Source of the DNA: Trypanosoma brucei
Lineage: Eukaryota
Direction: 5' to 3'
Length of the DNA: 64,000 nt
NCBI GenBank assembly: GCA_000002445.1
Contig: AL929603.2
Location: 192,001-256,000 of the forward strand
The stretch's first letter is position 1; every line of letters begins with the position of its first letter. Shown here piece after piece: positions 42,176 through 53,200 of the stretch. The notes below the pieces were generated by a model. That model saw nothing but the letters and a program-made list of their open reading frames with translations. It had not been told where the DNA came from and made no database searches. Both the position numbers and the translations under genes were made by a program.

Positions 42176-43438
42176 TTACTCCTTTTCGTCCAATACTGTA
42201 ACGCCGGGAAGCGTTTTGCCCTCGAGGAGTTCCAAAGACGCACCACCACCAGTTGAAACATGAGACATGCGCTTCGCCTCACCGCTCAACTCAGCTGCAC
42301 TTGCGCTGTCACCACCACCGATGATACTCATGAGTCCATGCTCGTGAGTTCCTCGACCCATGGCTTTCGCAATTGCAAATGTACCTTTGGAATAAGGAAC
42401 CATTTCAAATACACCCATGGGACCGTTCCAAATGGCGCTCTTACACTTCCCAATCGTCTGAACATATTTTTCAATAGTCTTGGGACCAATATCCAGAGCC
42501 ATATGTCCTTCAGGGATGTTTTGATCCTCAGTTATCAATGGAGAATCCACAGCTTTGAATTCCGTGTGGCAAACATGATCAATTGGAAGAATAACCTGCA
42601 CCTTGCGGTCCTCCGCCTTCTTCAGCAGGGATCGAGCAAATTCAAGTTTACTTTCCTCGCACATGGATATTCCAATGCTGTAACCCTGAGCCTTCAGAAA
42701 TGTGTATGCCATTGCACCACCAATTAAGAGATAATCGATGCGCTGCAACATGTTATCCAGAAGTTGGATCTTGTCGCTCACTTTCGCTCCACCAACGATA
42801 GCAACCAGCGGACGCGGCGGGTTACCAAGTACCTTAGCGAAGTATGAAATCTCCTTCTCCATCAAATAACCGGCAGCACCGTGACCCAAAATCTTTGGAA
42901 TTCCGGTCATGGTAGCACTGTCACGGTGAGCTGTACCAAAAGCATCACTGATGTAAACATCACCATATGACGCAAGGATCTTGGCCATGGCTTCACGTTC
43001 CTCAGTGCTCTTGCTGCCCTCTTCTTTGTAGAAGCGTACATTTTCAAGCAGAACAACATCGCCCGGAGACATCTTAGAGACGACATCTGCAGCATTCAGG
43101 CAGTCAGGTGCGAATGTGACGGGTCTCGATAACAATTCGCTGAGGCGCTTGGCTACCGGTTTGAGTGTTGCCTTCTGCTCGAACCCGGGAATACCGCCAG
43201 TGCTCCGCAGTTCTTTGCCTTCAGCCATAGAAACGCCTTTCGGCCTCCCGAGGTGGCTCATGAGAACACAACTGCCGCCTTCTGTGAGAACTTTTTGGAC
43301 GGCTGGAAGAGCTGATCGGATTCGGTAGTCGTTGGTAATATTACCATCATCCAGAGGAACATTAAAGTCAACACGGATAAGAACCTTCTTTCCCTTAAGA
43401 TCGCATTCATTAATGCTCTTCCTCTCTTTTAGTGACAT
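42176..43438 (-). CDS. PGKB: phosphoglycerate kinase B (cytosolic, 420 aa)
   Basis: Canonical-length PGK, over 90% identical to PGKC except the N-terminal 25-70 region and the C-terminus. Confidence 0.9.
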   Translation of the reverse strand: MSLKERKSINECDLKGKKVLIRVDFNVPLDDGNITNDYRIRSALPAVQKVLTEGGSCVLMSHLGRPKGVSMAEGKELRSTGGIPGFEQKATLKPVAKRLSELLSRPVTFAPDCLNAADVVSKMSPGDVVLLENVRFYKEEGSKSTEEREAMAKILASYGDVYISDAFGTAHRDSATMTGIPKILGHGAAGYLMEKEISYFAKVLGNPPRPLVAIVGGAKVSDKIQLLDNMLQRIDYLLIGGAMAYTFLKAQGYSIGISMCEESKLEFARSLLKKAEDRKVQVILPIDHVCHTEFKAVDSPLITEDQNIPEGHMALDIGPKTIEKYVQTIGKCKSAIWNGPMGVFEMVPYSKGTFAIAKAMGRGTHEHGLMSIIGGGDSASAAELSGEAKRMSHVSTGGGASLELLEGKTLPGVTVLDEKE

Positions 43439-43769
43439 ATTTGATTTGTGATCAGATAAGTATATATCGATATATATAGTTTTTTCAAAAAAATAAGAAA
43501 CTCCCTTGTTACAATTTTTTAATGTTTTGAAACAAAAAATACAAGTATGTTGGCTAAGTGAGAAAACGTTGAAAAGAAGTGACTGCGAGACTTGGGCAAG
43601 GGGGATTCGGTTTAAATTTTTGAATCAAAAGACTAAAAACTTCATTATGTACTTCTCAAACAACGTTCACAAATAATAAACGATATACTAAAAGTATTCA
43701 AAACTCCCACGACATCAGAAAAACATAGGGCAGGAGAAAAAAAAAAACAAACCCTTCGCCTGATGTACA

Positions 43770-45299
43770 TTACTCCTTATCATCCAATACTGCAACACCG
43801 GGAAGCGTTTTGCCCTCGAGGAGTTCCAAAGACGCACCACCACCAGTTGAAACATGAGAAATACGTGCAGCTTCACCACAGAGTTCAGCCGCACCCGCAC
43901 TCTCACCACCACCGATGATACTCATGAGTCCACGTTTCTGAGTTCCTCGACCCATGGCTTTCGCAATTGCAAATGTACCTTTGGAATAAGGAACCATTTC
44001 AAATACACCCATGGGACCGTTCCAAATGGCGCTCTTACACTTCCCAATCGTCTGAACATATTTTTCAATAGTCTTGGGACCAATATCCAGAGCCATATGT
44101 CCTTCAGGGATGTTTTGATCCTCAGTTATCAATGGAGAATCCACAGCTTTGAATTCCGTGTGGCAAACATGATCAATTGGAAGAATAATCTGCACCTTGC
44201 GGTCCTCCGCCTTCTTCAGCAGGGATCGAGCAAATTCAAGTTTACTTTCCTCGCACTTCGATTTTCCAATGCTGTAACCCTGAGCCTTCAGAAATGTGTA
44301 TGCCATTGCACCACCAATTAAGAGATAATCGATGCGCTGCAACATGTTATCCAGAAGTTGGATCTTTTCGCTCACTTTCGCTCCACCAACGATAGCAACC
44401 AGCGGACGCGGCGGGTTACCAAGTACCTTAGCGAAGTATGAAATCTCCTTCTCCATCAAATAACCGGCAGCACCGTGACCCAAAATCTTTGGAATTCCGG
44501 TCATGGTAGCACTGTCACGGTGAGCTGCACCAAAAGCATCACTGATGTAAACATCACCATATGACGCAAGGATCTTGGCCATGGCTTCACGTTCCTCAGC
44601 ATTTTCACCGTTTTCTTCGCTGTAGAACCGTACATTTTCAAGTAACATAACATTTCCACGCTTTAACCGCGAAACCTCTACTCTGGCATCCAAGCAGTCG
44701 TGAGCAAAATATACATGTTGGCCGAGTAATTCGGCAAGCCTTACAGCAACTGGACGAAGACTGTATTGCTCTTCGTAGCCTGCACTAACACTCATCTGCG
44801 GTAACGCACTGTCTTTGTTTTCGTTTAAGTACTGCATAAGCAAAGATTTCTTCTCGTCCTCAGGAAGGCGCGCAAACAGCATTGTTTTTCCAGATTTCAC
44901 CTCAGGTGATATGTGCGTTGCCTCTTCCCGTGCACTGGATTTCGCTAATATTTTAACTTTCTCCTCTCCCGGTAGAACACTAAAAAACGCTGTTTTACCT
45001 TTGTTGTCGTGAAACTGAGCCTCGTGATATCGCCGTCTTATATCTCGCACACCCGCAACCATTGAAACGCCTCTGGGCCGTCCAAGATGGCTCAGGAGAA
45101 TACAAATACCACCCTGATCAATAACCCGCCGTATCGTTGGAATCGCCGCACGGATTCGATAATCGTTAGTAATATGGCCATTTTGCATAGGAACGTTGAA
45201 ATCGACACGCATAAGCACTCGCTTCGCCGTTAACGGCCAAACATCGCCCACAGACTTCTTCAGGCTTATGTTGTTCTTCGCATTCGGTGCAGTGGACAT
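43770..45299 (-). CDS. PGKA: phosphoglycerate kinase A (56-kDa variant, 509 aa, with internal insertion in the N-terminal domain)
   Basis: Divergent N-terminal ~200 aa with ~80-aa insertion (…VRDIRRRYHEAQFHDNKGKTAFFSVLPGEEKVKILAKSS...), then near-identity to PGKB/C over the C-terminal ~290 aa. Confidence 0.9.
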   Translation of the reverse strand: MSTAPNAKNNISLKKSVGDVWPLTAKRVLMRVDFNVPMQNGHITNDYRIRAAIPTIRRVIDQGGICILLSHLGRPRGVSMVAGVRDIRRRYHEAQFHDNKGKTAFFSVLPGEEKVKILAKSSAREEATHISPEVKSGKTMLFARLPEDEKKSLLMQYLNENKDSALPQMSVSAGYEEQYSLRPVAVRLAELLGQHVYFAHDCLDARVEVSRLKRGNVMLLENVRFYSEENGENAEEREAMAKILASYGDVYISDAFGAAHRDSATMTGIPKILGHGAAGYLMEKEISYFAKVLGNPPRPLVAIVGGAKVSEKIQLLDNMLQRIDYLLIGGAMAYTFLKAQGYSIGKSKCEESKLEFARSLLKKAEDRKVQIILPIDHVCHTEFKAVDSPLITEDQNIPEGHMALDIGPKTIEKYVQTIGKCKSAIWNGPMGVFEMVPYSKGTFAIAKAMGRGTQKRGLMSIIGGGESAGAAELCGEAARISHVSTGGGASLELLEGKTLPGVAVLDDKE

Positions 45300-45833
45300 G
45301 ATCCCGCTTGTTTTTCTTATTTTTGTTCTTGACCTTCCCGCTACTTCTCGTTGTTTCGATTACTTAGAAAAAAAAAACGCCGACGGTTTTACCACCGTTA
45401 TCGTTGTACCCGCAATAGGAAATGGAATGACTAAGGTATATTAATTTTCTGGTGCGATGCGTTGCTGGAAAGCAGTTCTATGACACACACACACACACGT
45501 TCCACTAACAGTAAGTAAAAGAAAAAAATAACATTAAAAACGCATTCATGCGAGAAACAGATGAACAGTGAAAACAGGCAATGAAAGATATTGTTGGAGT
45601 GGCCCTAAGTCACGAGCTCGCCGCTTAAGTTAAAATTTTGTTTACTAAGAAGGAAGCAACGAAACACGCTTCCCCATCGTTAAAATCGCACTCGCCCACA
45701 CAAACAAACGTCTCTTTCGTGTTCCGCACGCCCTCGAAGGGAATGAGACAGGAGAGCCAGTTGTCGATTACAGGTAGCAAGCGCCGCGCAAAAGCGTCCG
45801 CATCAATGGGGGGAAAGTAGTCCTATTAACTCC

Positions 45834-47543
45834 TCACTTCAGTTTGGAGTGTTTACCACCTTTTAGTTCCTTCTCCACACTTTGAAGCGATTCCCAAAGG
45901 GAGTCCGGCACCAATTCGCCCAACTCCTGCAACATTTGCCCTTGACACATGTAAAGTACAAAAACAGTTTCAAGAAGCATGCGTTCTTCTTCCCTCCCGA
46001 GAACGGCTTCTGCGCAACCCAGGCGGTTTTTGAGAGCGGCCGCAGACTGACACAGTAACTGAACGGTCTCGTGAGAGGACGGAAGGTATGGTGCATAACA
46101 TCCCAGTATAAGAGCGGCTTCGGGCGACTGTTGTCCGTATACTGCAACTCCCAAATGATATGCGTACTGCAATACGCTACTGGCGCGCTGGTCTCTCAGA
46201 AAATGTAGCAATCTGCCGCATTCTCTACCAACACGAACTGCTTCGGTTGTACGTCGGTCAGCATGCTGATCCGAATTGACAACACGAATCCAAAACTCGG
46301 CAGCCTTTCTAAGTTCTTTACCTTCATTGAGTGCGAGGAACGTCGCGCTCCTGTCGAGCCCCAGCAGTAAATCATTGCTCAACGACAGCTTACGAGCGTT
46401 AAACCACTTCAGCAGCGCCGTCGTGTGACGTACCAATTCGTGTGCTGTGCTGCTTCCCGCGGAGCGCCAACGCCGCGGCCACAACGCCTGAAGAACCTCA
46501 GCACTTCGCAGCAATATGGCATCATCTGCCCCTGTAAGGAGCGCATCGGCGATACAACTATGTATGAAGAGTGAGGAATCCTCCCACCTCTGGCCACAAA
46601 TCCCCAAACCAGTGAGAAACATAACAAACTCCTCTCCCCTCTCACTCCCCACAACAGAGTCTACAACAGCGTAAGGAATGTTTCGAGCGTCAAAGAATGC
46701 CAGGGTTCGCAGCTGTTTTGTTCCATCAGGAAAATGGGATTCAAGCTCATTGAGTGCAACATCAAGGAACACATTGAGCGCGTGGGAAACACTTATGGTA
46801 CCCTCCGCGCCAACCCCTTTTGCCAACAGCAAACTCCGCAGCTCTTCGGGACTGACGGAACCACTTTCCATGAGGCAACAGGCCAAATGCATAAGAATAG
46901 GAACACGACAGACAGCGTGCATCACATCTCTGGTAGAGGATGTGGCTCTCTCCTCTACGTTAATACCCTGTAAAAATTGGTCCGCATCAACCTCTGTGAA
47001 TGAGCCGGCTTTCAGAACGGGTATCTTTAGATTCCCGACTGGATCCGCACTGCTCGTTACCAGTGCGTACACATTCGGATGATCAGGTATTAGTTGAAGA
47101 ACGACCTGCGGGTTTGGCGTGCCATCTACAACGAGCAATACATCCTTCTCCTTCCGCCCCTTCATCGACTGAAAGAACTGTAAAAGATGCGACTCGAGTG
47201 AATCATCCCAGTCGAACCAATGAACACAAGTGAAGCGCCCACTGCGTCGTGCCCGGCTGCAGAACTCCACCGCGATAGTTGTTTTTCCAATGCCGTCCAG
47301 TCCCGCTATTACCTGACAATGTCGTCCCGCTAGTAAGTTCTGCCACAGTTGCATGATTTCCCTCTCGCGCCCAACCACACGGGACGCCACCGGGGCGTCG
47401 AAAAGAATGGGATCTGCCGCCGGAGGATCATCCGACATGCCGATGGTAGTTGCACCTCTTTTGACGCTGCAGCCAAAAGTAGTGGAAGCCGTTTGACCCC
47501 CCGGAAATTTTTTTACACACGCGCGACGAAGCAGCCGCCACAT
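45834..47543 (-). CDS. P-loop NTPase of the STAND/NB-ARC (AP-ATPase) type with helical/TPR-like C-terminal region; possible N-terminal targeting peptide
   Basis: VVGREREIMQLWQNLLAGRHCQVIAGLDGIGKTTIAVEF (Walker A GxxGxGKT with upstream effector-arm-like helix). DVLLVVDG is Walker B-like. NVYALVTSS resembles the sensor-1/RNBS-B hhhhTTR motif. CRVPILMHLA is GLPL-like. About 300 aa of helical repeats follow. Confidence 0.55.
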   Translation of the reverse strand: MWRLLRRACVKKFPGGQTASTTFGCSVKRGATTIGMSDDPPAADPILFDAPVASRVVGREREIMQLWQNLLAGRHCQVIAGLDGIGKTTIAVEFCSRARRSGRFTCVHWFDWDDSLESHLLQFFQSMKGRKEKDVLLVVDGTPNPQVVLQLIPDHPNVYALVTSSADPVGNLKIPVLKAGSFTEVDADQFLQGINVEERATSSTRDVMHAVCRVPILMHLACCLMESGSVSPEELRSLLLAKGVGAEGTISVSHALNVFLDVALNELESHFPDGTKQLRTLAFFDARNIPYAVVDSVVGSERGEEFVMFLTGLGICGQRWEDSSLFIHSCIADALLTGADDAILLRSAEVLQALWPRRWRSAGSSTAHELVRHTTALLKWFNARKLSLSNDLLLGLDRSATFLALNEGKELRKAAEFWIRVVNSDQHADRRTTEAVRVGRECGRLLHFLRDQRASSVLQYAYHLGVAVYGQQSPEAALILGCYAPYLPSSHETVQLLCQSAAALKNRLGCAEAVLGREEERMLLETVFVLYMCQGQMLQELGELVPDSLWESLQSVEKELKGGKHSKLK

Positions 47544-48377
47544 AGCTCCTTTGAAGCGCTTTCCAACATCGAATCACGAAACAATAAATGCATATACGAG
47601 TGGGACGCACATACGGGGAAAGGACAAGGTGCAAGACAAAACACGTAACCACGGGGAAAATGGATGAAGGCACAGGGCTTTCGTTAAACGGCGACAAGGC
47701 AGGGGCAACCCACTTGTTTCCAGTTGGTTACAAAACGTGATGTATCGAAAATGTGTGTTCATAAAAAATAACAGGGAAAAAGATGTGCGCCCACACATGT
47801 CCGCATCGCCTCCTCCGTCTCTGCGCACAAAATAACAAATCTCTTCTGCCCCACGGTACGCAAATACATTCAGCGCTTTAAGGTAGAACGCACCCCAACG
47901 GCGGCGAATCCCAGTAACATTTCAGCGAGGAACGCACTCGCTCCACAGAGACCGTAACAGAGTTGAAGCTTGTACAAGTTTCCTCATAGGAGAATCAAAA
48001 AAATAAATATATATACGTTCTCAATACCCACAAGAAAAACGAGGCCCCCACAAAAATTAAAGTCTCTGGCGCGTCCAACACATCTTGTTTTCGCAGCATA
48101 ACACAGTCTCTGCAACTCTCAACCGATAACAATAGCAAACTTCCATCAACTTTGTGCGGCTGTAATGACATGACCAGAAAAAAAACTAATGGAAAGAGCA
48201 ATGCGGACGTAGGGGATACAAAGGGGGAACAAGCGCCCAAATAAGATACACGAGCGCACAAGTCAGCAGCGCTCAACACGCTATTTCATCATGGAAATAG
48301 ATCTACCGTGCCAAAGGGAGGTAAGAAATAGTGAAATTGGAAAGCTTCTCCACGCCTCAAGAAAAAAAAAATGCGTC

Positions 48378-49727
48378 TTATCCCTTTGAGGTAAAGGCCT
48401 TCCACGGTGCATTGCAGTCAATTAGTCGGCGGCTGGCGCCAACGTCCGTAGGGCGGTCGAAAGATTTCATGAAACGCTCAAACTGCTCGTCAACATGCTC
48501 GGCGGCAAGCTGCTGTGCACCCTCCTGCTTAATGAAGTGCATCTTGGCCATATTCGGGTTTACCTCTATCGAGGCTTCACCTATCACATTGTCGCATAAT
48601 CGATTAATGTCCTCGCCTTTCGTTTCCATCGCTTCACGAGCGCGCCTCGTGTCTTCAACACATTTTCGCGAGGCACGCTCGAACGCATCTTGTTCCTGAC
48701 GGATGCCGCCCTCGTATCCCAAATCCATCTTTGACGGGTAGTGCCCGGAGTTGCGAGAGACCCTTTCTGCATCCTTGGCATAGCTAGTATTCATATCACG
48801 GTGCAGTCGGTCCGCATCCTTCAACTTTGCGGCGCTGTAACAGTTCATGGCGACAGCACTCGCACCACCCTCCTCACTAAACACTTTTGTTTGTAATTCA
48901 TGGTTATCCTGCCAATCAACAGGATTTCCGTATTCATCGCTGCAGGTGCCACGCACCAGTGCACCACTATCCCAGATGCCAGTAAAAAGAAGGCGCGGCT
49001 CATTTGCCAAGTATGTTTGCGTTCCCTCACCATGAGCCCGGCCGTGCTCGTTAAACTCGCCATCATATATGTAAGTAGGAGCAAATAGTTGCCCACGCCG
49101 AATGCATCCGTCAACAAACTCTCCCACATAAACAAACCCACCATCAAGCTTCATCTTGCAGTTGGTCCCATGCAGCTTACCGGCGAAGAATGTCCCCTCC
49201 TGCTCCGCACCTGTGGTAAACGAAAGCCGTCCGCGTCCGTGAGGTTTGTTATTGTGAAACTCACCCTCATAAGTGAAGTCATGTTGCGTCAGTTTTCCTC
49301 GTACAAACGATTCATTCTCCAGCGTCCCCACAAACACTGTCTCCGTTGTACCGTTGGGAATACAAACCGTTCCCTCTACGAGGTCATCTTCGCAGAACCG
49401 TCCCTTGTAATGCGTGCCGTCTGCTAGCCATGCCTCACCCTCACCGTGCCGCTGCCACTTCGTGTTGAACTCACCGCAGTAAAGATCCCCATCATCCTCC
49501 AGTCGGCTTCCCTTCAGTGGAAACCCGTATTCCTCGTCAAACACACCGCTGTATGCCCGCCCATCAGGCATTTTAACACTCCCCTCAAGAAGCAAGTCCG
49601 GACGGCGGGGGTTCAACTTTCCCTGAAGCACCACTCCGTTGGGCAACCGAGAAACACAAAGACGCACCAACCGGCGCACAAACATCTCACTATACTTTAC
49701 CTTCAATTGTCTATCACATGGTAACAA
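48378..49727 (-). CDS. MORN-repeat protein (449 aa)
   Basis: About 8 consecutive YxGxxxxGxxHGxG units (YSGVFDEEYGFPLKG, YCGEFNTKWQRHGEGEAW, YKGRFCEDDLVEGTVCI, YEGEFHNNKPHGRGRL, YVGEFVDGCIRRGQ, YDGEFNEHGRAHGEGTQTY). Confidence 0.8.
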   Translation of the reverse strand: MLPCDRQLKVKYSEMFVRRLVRLCVSRLPNGVVLQGKLNPRRPDLLLEGSVKMPDGRAYSGVFDEEYGFPLKGSRLEDDGDLYCGEFNTKWQRHGEGEAWLADGTHYKGRFCEDDLVEGTVCIPNGTTETVFVGTLENESFVRGKLTQHDFTYEGEFHNNKPHGRGRLSFTTGAEQEGTFFAGKLHGTNCKMKLDGGFVYVGEFVDGCIRRGQLFAPTYIYDGEFNEHGRAHGEGTQTYLANEPRLLFTGIWDSGALVRGTCSDEYGNPVDWQDNHELQTKVFSEEGGASAVAMNCYSAAKLKDADRLHRDMNTSYAKDAERVSRNSGHYPSKMDLGYEGGIRQEQDAFERASRKCVEDTRRAREAMETKGEDINRLCDNVIGEASIEVNPNMAKMHFIKQEGAQQLAAEHVDEQFERFMKSFDRPTDVGASRRLIDCNAPWKAFTSKG

Positions 49728-50277
49728 GCGCCCACGAAACGTTCACAGTGATAGGAAGCGTGTTTCAACCAAACAAACAAATAAAAGGGAGTCAGGGAGT
49801 CATTTAAGAAGAAGGCAGCGAGGAGAAAACAGGTGAAGCAAAGTGAAGCGGGATAAAAAGGTGGGGTGAGATAGAGGGGATAATGGTGGCTACACGTTAC
49901 CAGTGTAACTGAAGGGGAAAAAACGATTAAAGTGGCGCGGTGACGGTCGTAACGCCAGCAACGCAAGGGAAACATGCACGCGTTTCCATTCAAATCAACG
50001 AATTCAAGTAGCCATATTATATCCTCGGGTCGAGGAAGAGAGAAGAATGATCCGAAACAAAATAAACCGCAAGCAAAAGATAACAAACCCTACTCCCATA
50101 TACATTCGTTACTATATAAACGTCTGCAAATTCTCTACAAAAAGCCACCAGCAGAAAAACAGTGGCCCCACCGCTCCAACCGGACAAGTTAAGGGCGATC
50201 TCAAACGCAGCCCGAGTACCCCAATAAATTCCAGCATTTCCTACGGGGCCAAGGAGGGAAGAATACTAAACAGCGCT

Positions 50278-53200
50278 CTACCGTATCATTGGTAAGAAGC
50301 GCTGATCTCGCCGCAGGTCGTGGCAGAGATAACTGTACTTGTATTTGATCTTTTTCTTCGCCACACCTGCAGGTTGTGGGGTTGGAAGGGCAATAGCAAC
50401 GGCACCGTCCGCCTCATCCGTAACGGTATCTGCGGAGGCCTTCTCTGGAACAACCCACGTAAATTCTTTTAAGTCCACAAGTGGAACGGGTGGGAACTCT
50501 AAATTGCGGTTAATGCAAAGCAATTGAACAGCAAACATTGCCCAATATGCAAATGCACTAGCCACATGTGACTCAGGTAAGAGAGTGAGGTGATGGAGTT
50601 CAGGCCGAAGAACGTCCCAACAAAGTTGATATAATAAAGGAAGAGGAATCTGTGCGTCCTCGAAATTTTGCAGCATTGTCTCCATCGTTACGGAGCATCT
50701 CTGTGTGACACGTTCAACAAACCATTGGGACGACAGTCTCTCCGAGCAGTTGGCAAGCAGAGTGCTCACCGTACCTAAAAGGCAACAGTGATTAGGCTTT
50801 CCATGCAATCTATAATGATGAATATAAGCCATCACTTCATCAGGTCGGATACCGTCAAACGCGTGTGCGATCTCCTTACGGCAATGCTGTCGTCGAACAT
50901 CTCGCTCCTCCTTTGCCATCACACGACGACTTTTTAGGCTGCTGATTCCGGAGAGTCGACATGCGACGGCAACCCGGCACACTAAGCTGGGGTTTCCCGC
51001 ATAGACTCGTTGCAACATTTCAACAAAATCCTTCTCATGTACTACTGATGAAAAGGGCTGGTCGCGAAACAACAACCACCTAGCGTCAGATAACCCGGCA
51101 TAGGCGAGTTGCCGTGTGACAACATTGAGGGGAACACCACTTTCTGTCCTCTCTGGATACTCGATAGATCTATAGAGGCGGCGAAAGAATCGCATCAGCA
51201 CCTCAAAGGGTCGATGAGACGACATGAGCTCAGTCACTGCAATGCAGCGATTCAAAAATGATAGCGCAACTTCTTCGCCGCAAATCGACACTGGATCCAA
51301 CACAGCTTTTACCACATTGTCACTTCTCAGAACCTGTGAACCCTCCAAATTCGAAATAACCGCGTCAACATATCGTTTTACATCACCCTCTAACGGGGAC
51401 AAGTCACAGCACCTTGTTAATATTGGTACCACATCCATTTCTGTAAAGTGACCACCAAATACGTGCTCAACTTCAGCAGCAAATGCGGACGCGGCGTCAC
51501 ATAAAGTTCGAACAACGAAAGCTATCAATGATGTACGGCGCCTGTCCAGAATCGCGATACGCACAACACAGCTGTTTTCGGCAACCCTCTTCAGTTCCTT
51601 GTATACATTGTCGGGCGTTAACTCCATGTCATCTAATTCCCCCCTTTCCACAAGGCGAAAACTCAACTCACCCATATCTTTTTCCTTCAACCCACATTCT
51701 TCCGCAAGGGCAGAGCGCATGTCCTCCAATGCACAGCCTGGACGAAGTACCAATGCCCGCATTACCTGTTGTGTCCCCCATGTGAAGAGACATTGCAAGG
51801 GAAGACCACTCGTACAAGGGTGACCCCTTACCGCAGTAACGTTAATACAGCTGCGTTTCTTCCTTATTGCCTCCCCCACCATTGCAGTAACGCCACTGGG
51901 GTTGCATAACGGAACACCATTACTATCATAAATAATTATGTTGTCCATATCAGTTAAATGAAGGGCGTTCAGGCATTCGTTCCGGAATGACTCAAACACC
52001 TTTGGTGACGCTTTCTTCCACGTTAAAAAAAAGCGAACAGGAGCCTTCTTTTCCAATGAACACGCGACCTCAACCACTACCTCGTTAGGAAGCTCCTCCT
52101 CAACATCGGAGCAATTTTTCTTCCCGCTGATACATTCCGTTGCGTTTTTTGAAGTCAATGGTGATTCATCGGCTCCCTTGCCATTTTTTGCCGTCACTGC
52201 ATCCCCATCCCCGCCCTTAAACCCAGTAGGGAGAACTTTCGCATTATTCCACGGACGCGAAGCAGCATTTCCCTCCCCAACCAAAACATCCTTCGTAAAA
52301 AGCGGTTCCAGTAATCTTCCTGATCCTATTTCACTGTCCCGTAAAGCAGGGGATTTCTTCATAGCGAAGGCATTCGGATCCCGGTCTTTTAGAAATACAC
52401 TCACGGCCAATGATAAATTTGGCTTCTCCACAATTTCTGCCTTGGCTGGTTCAGGGACTGCCACTGGTTTCACAGTCTCTGCCTTGGCTGGTTCAGGGAC
52501 TGCCACTGGTTTCACAGTCTCTGCCTTGGCTGGTTCAGGGACTGCCACTGGTTTCACAGTTTCTGCCTTGGCTGGTTCAGGGACTGCCACTGGTTTCACA
52601 GTCTCTGCCTTGGCTGGTTCAGGGACTGCCACTGGTTTCACAGTTTCTGCCTTGGCTGGTTCAGGGACTGCCACTGGTTTCACAGTTTCTGCCTTGGCTG
52701 GTTCAGGGACTGCCACTGGTTTCACAGTTTCTGCCTTGGCTGGTTCAGGGACTGCCACTGGTTTCACAGTTTCTGCCTTGGCTGGTTCAGGGACTGCCAC
52801 TGGTTTCACAGTTTCTGCCTTGGCTGGTTCAGGGACTGCCACTGGTTTCACAGTTTCTGCCTTGGCTGGTTCAGGGACTGCCACTGGTTTCACAGTCTCT
52901 GCCTTGGCTGGTTCAGGGACTGCCACTGGTTTCACAGTTTCTGCCTTGGCTGGTTCAGGGACTGCCACTGGTTTCACAGTCTCTGCCTTGGCTGGTTCAG
53001 GGACTGCCACTGGTTTCACAGTCTCTGCCTTGGCTGGTTCAGGGACTGCCACTGGTTTCACAGTTTCTGCCTTGGCTGGTTCAGGGACTGCCACTGGTTT
53101 CACAGTTTCTGCCTTGGCTGGTTCAGGGACTGCCACTGGTTTCACAGTTTCTGCCTTGGCTGGTTCAGGGGGCAAATTCTGGTCCATATTTTTTGAACGC

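Noticed and set aside
40648-44321. Three 155-aa plus-strand ORFs (40648..41115, 42260..42727, 43854..44321)
   Set aside because: Identical antisense ORFs inside the three PGK genes; they are conserved only because the PGK sense strand is conserved.
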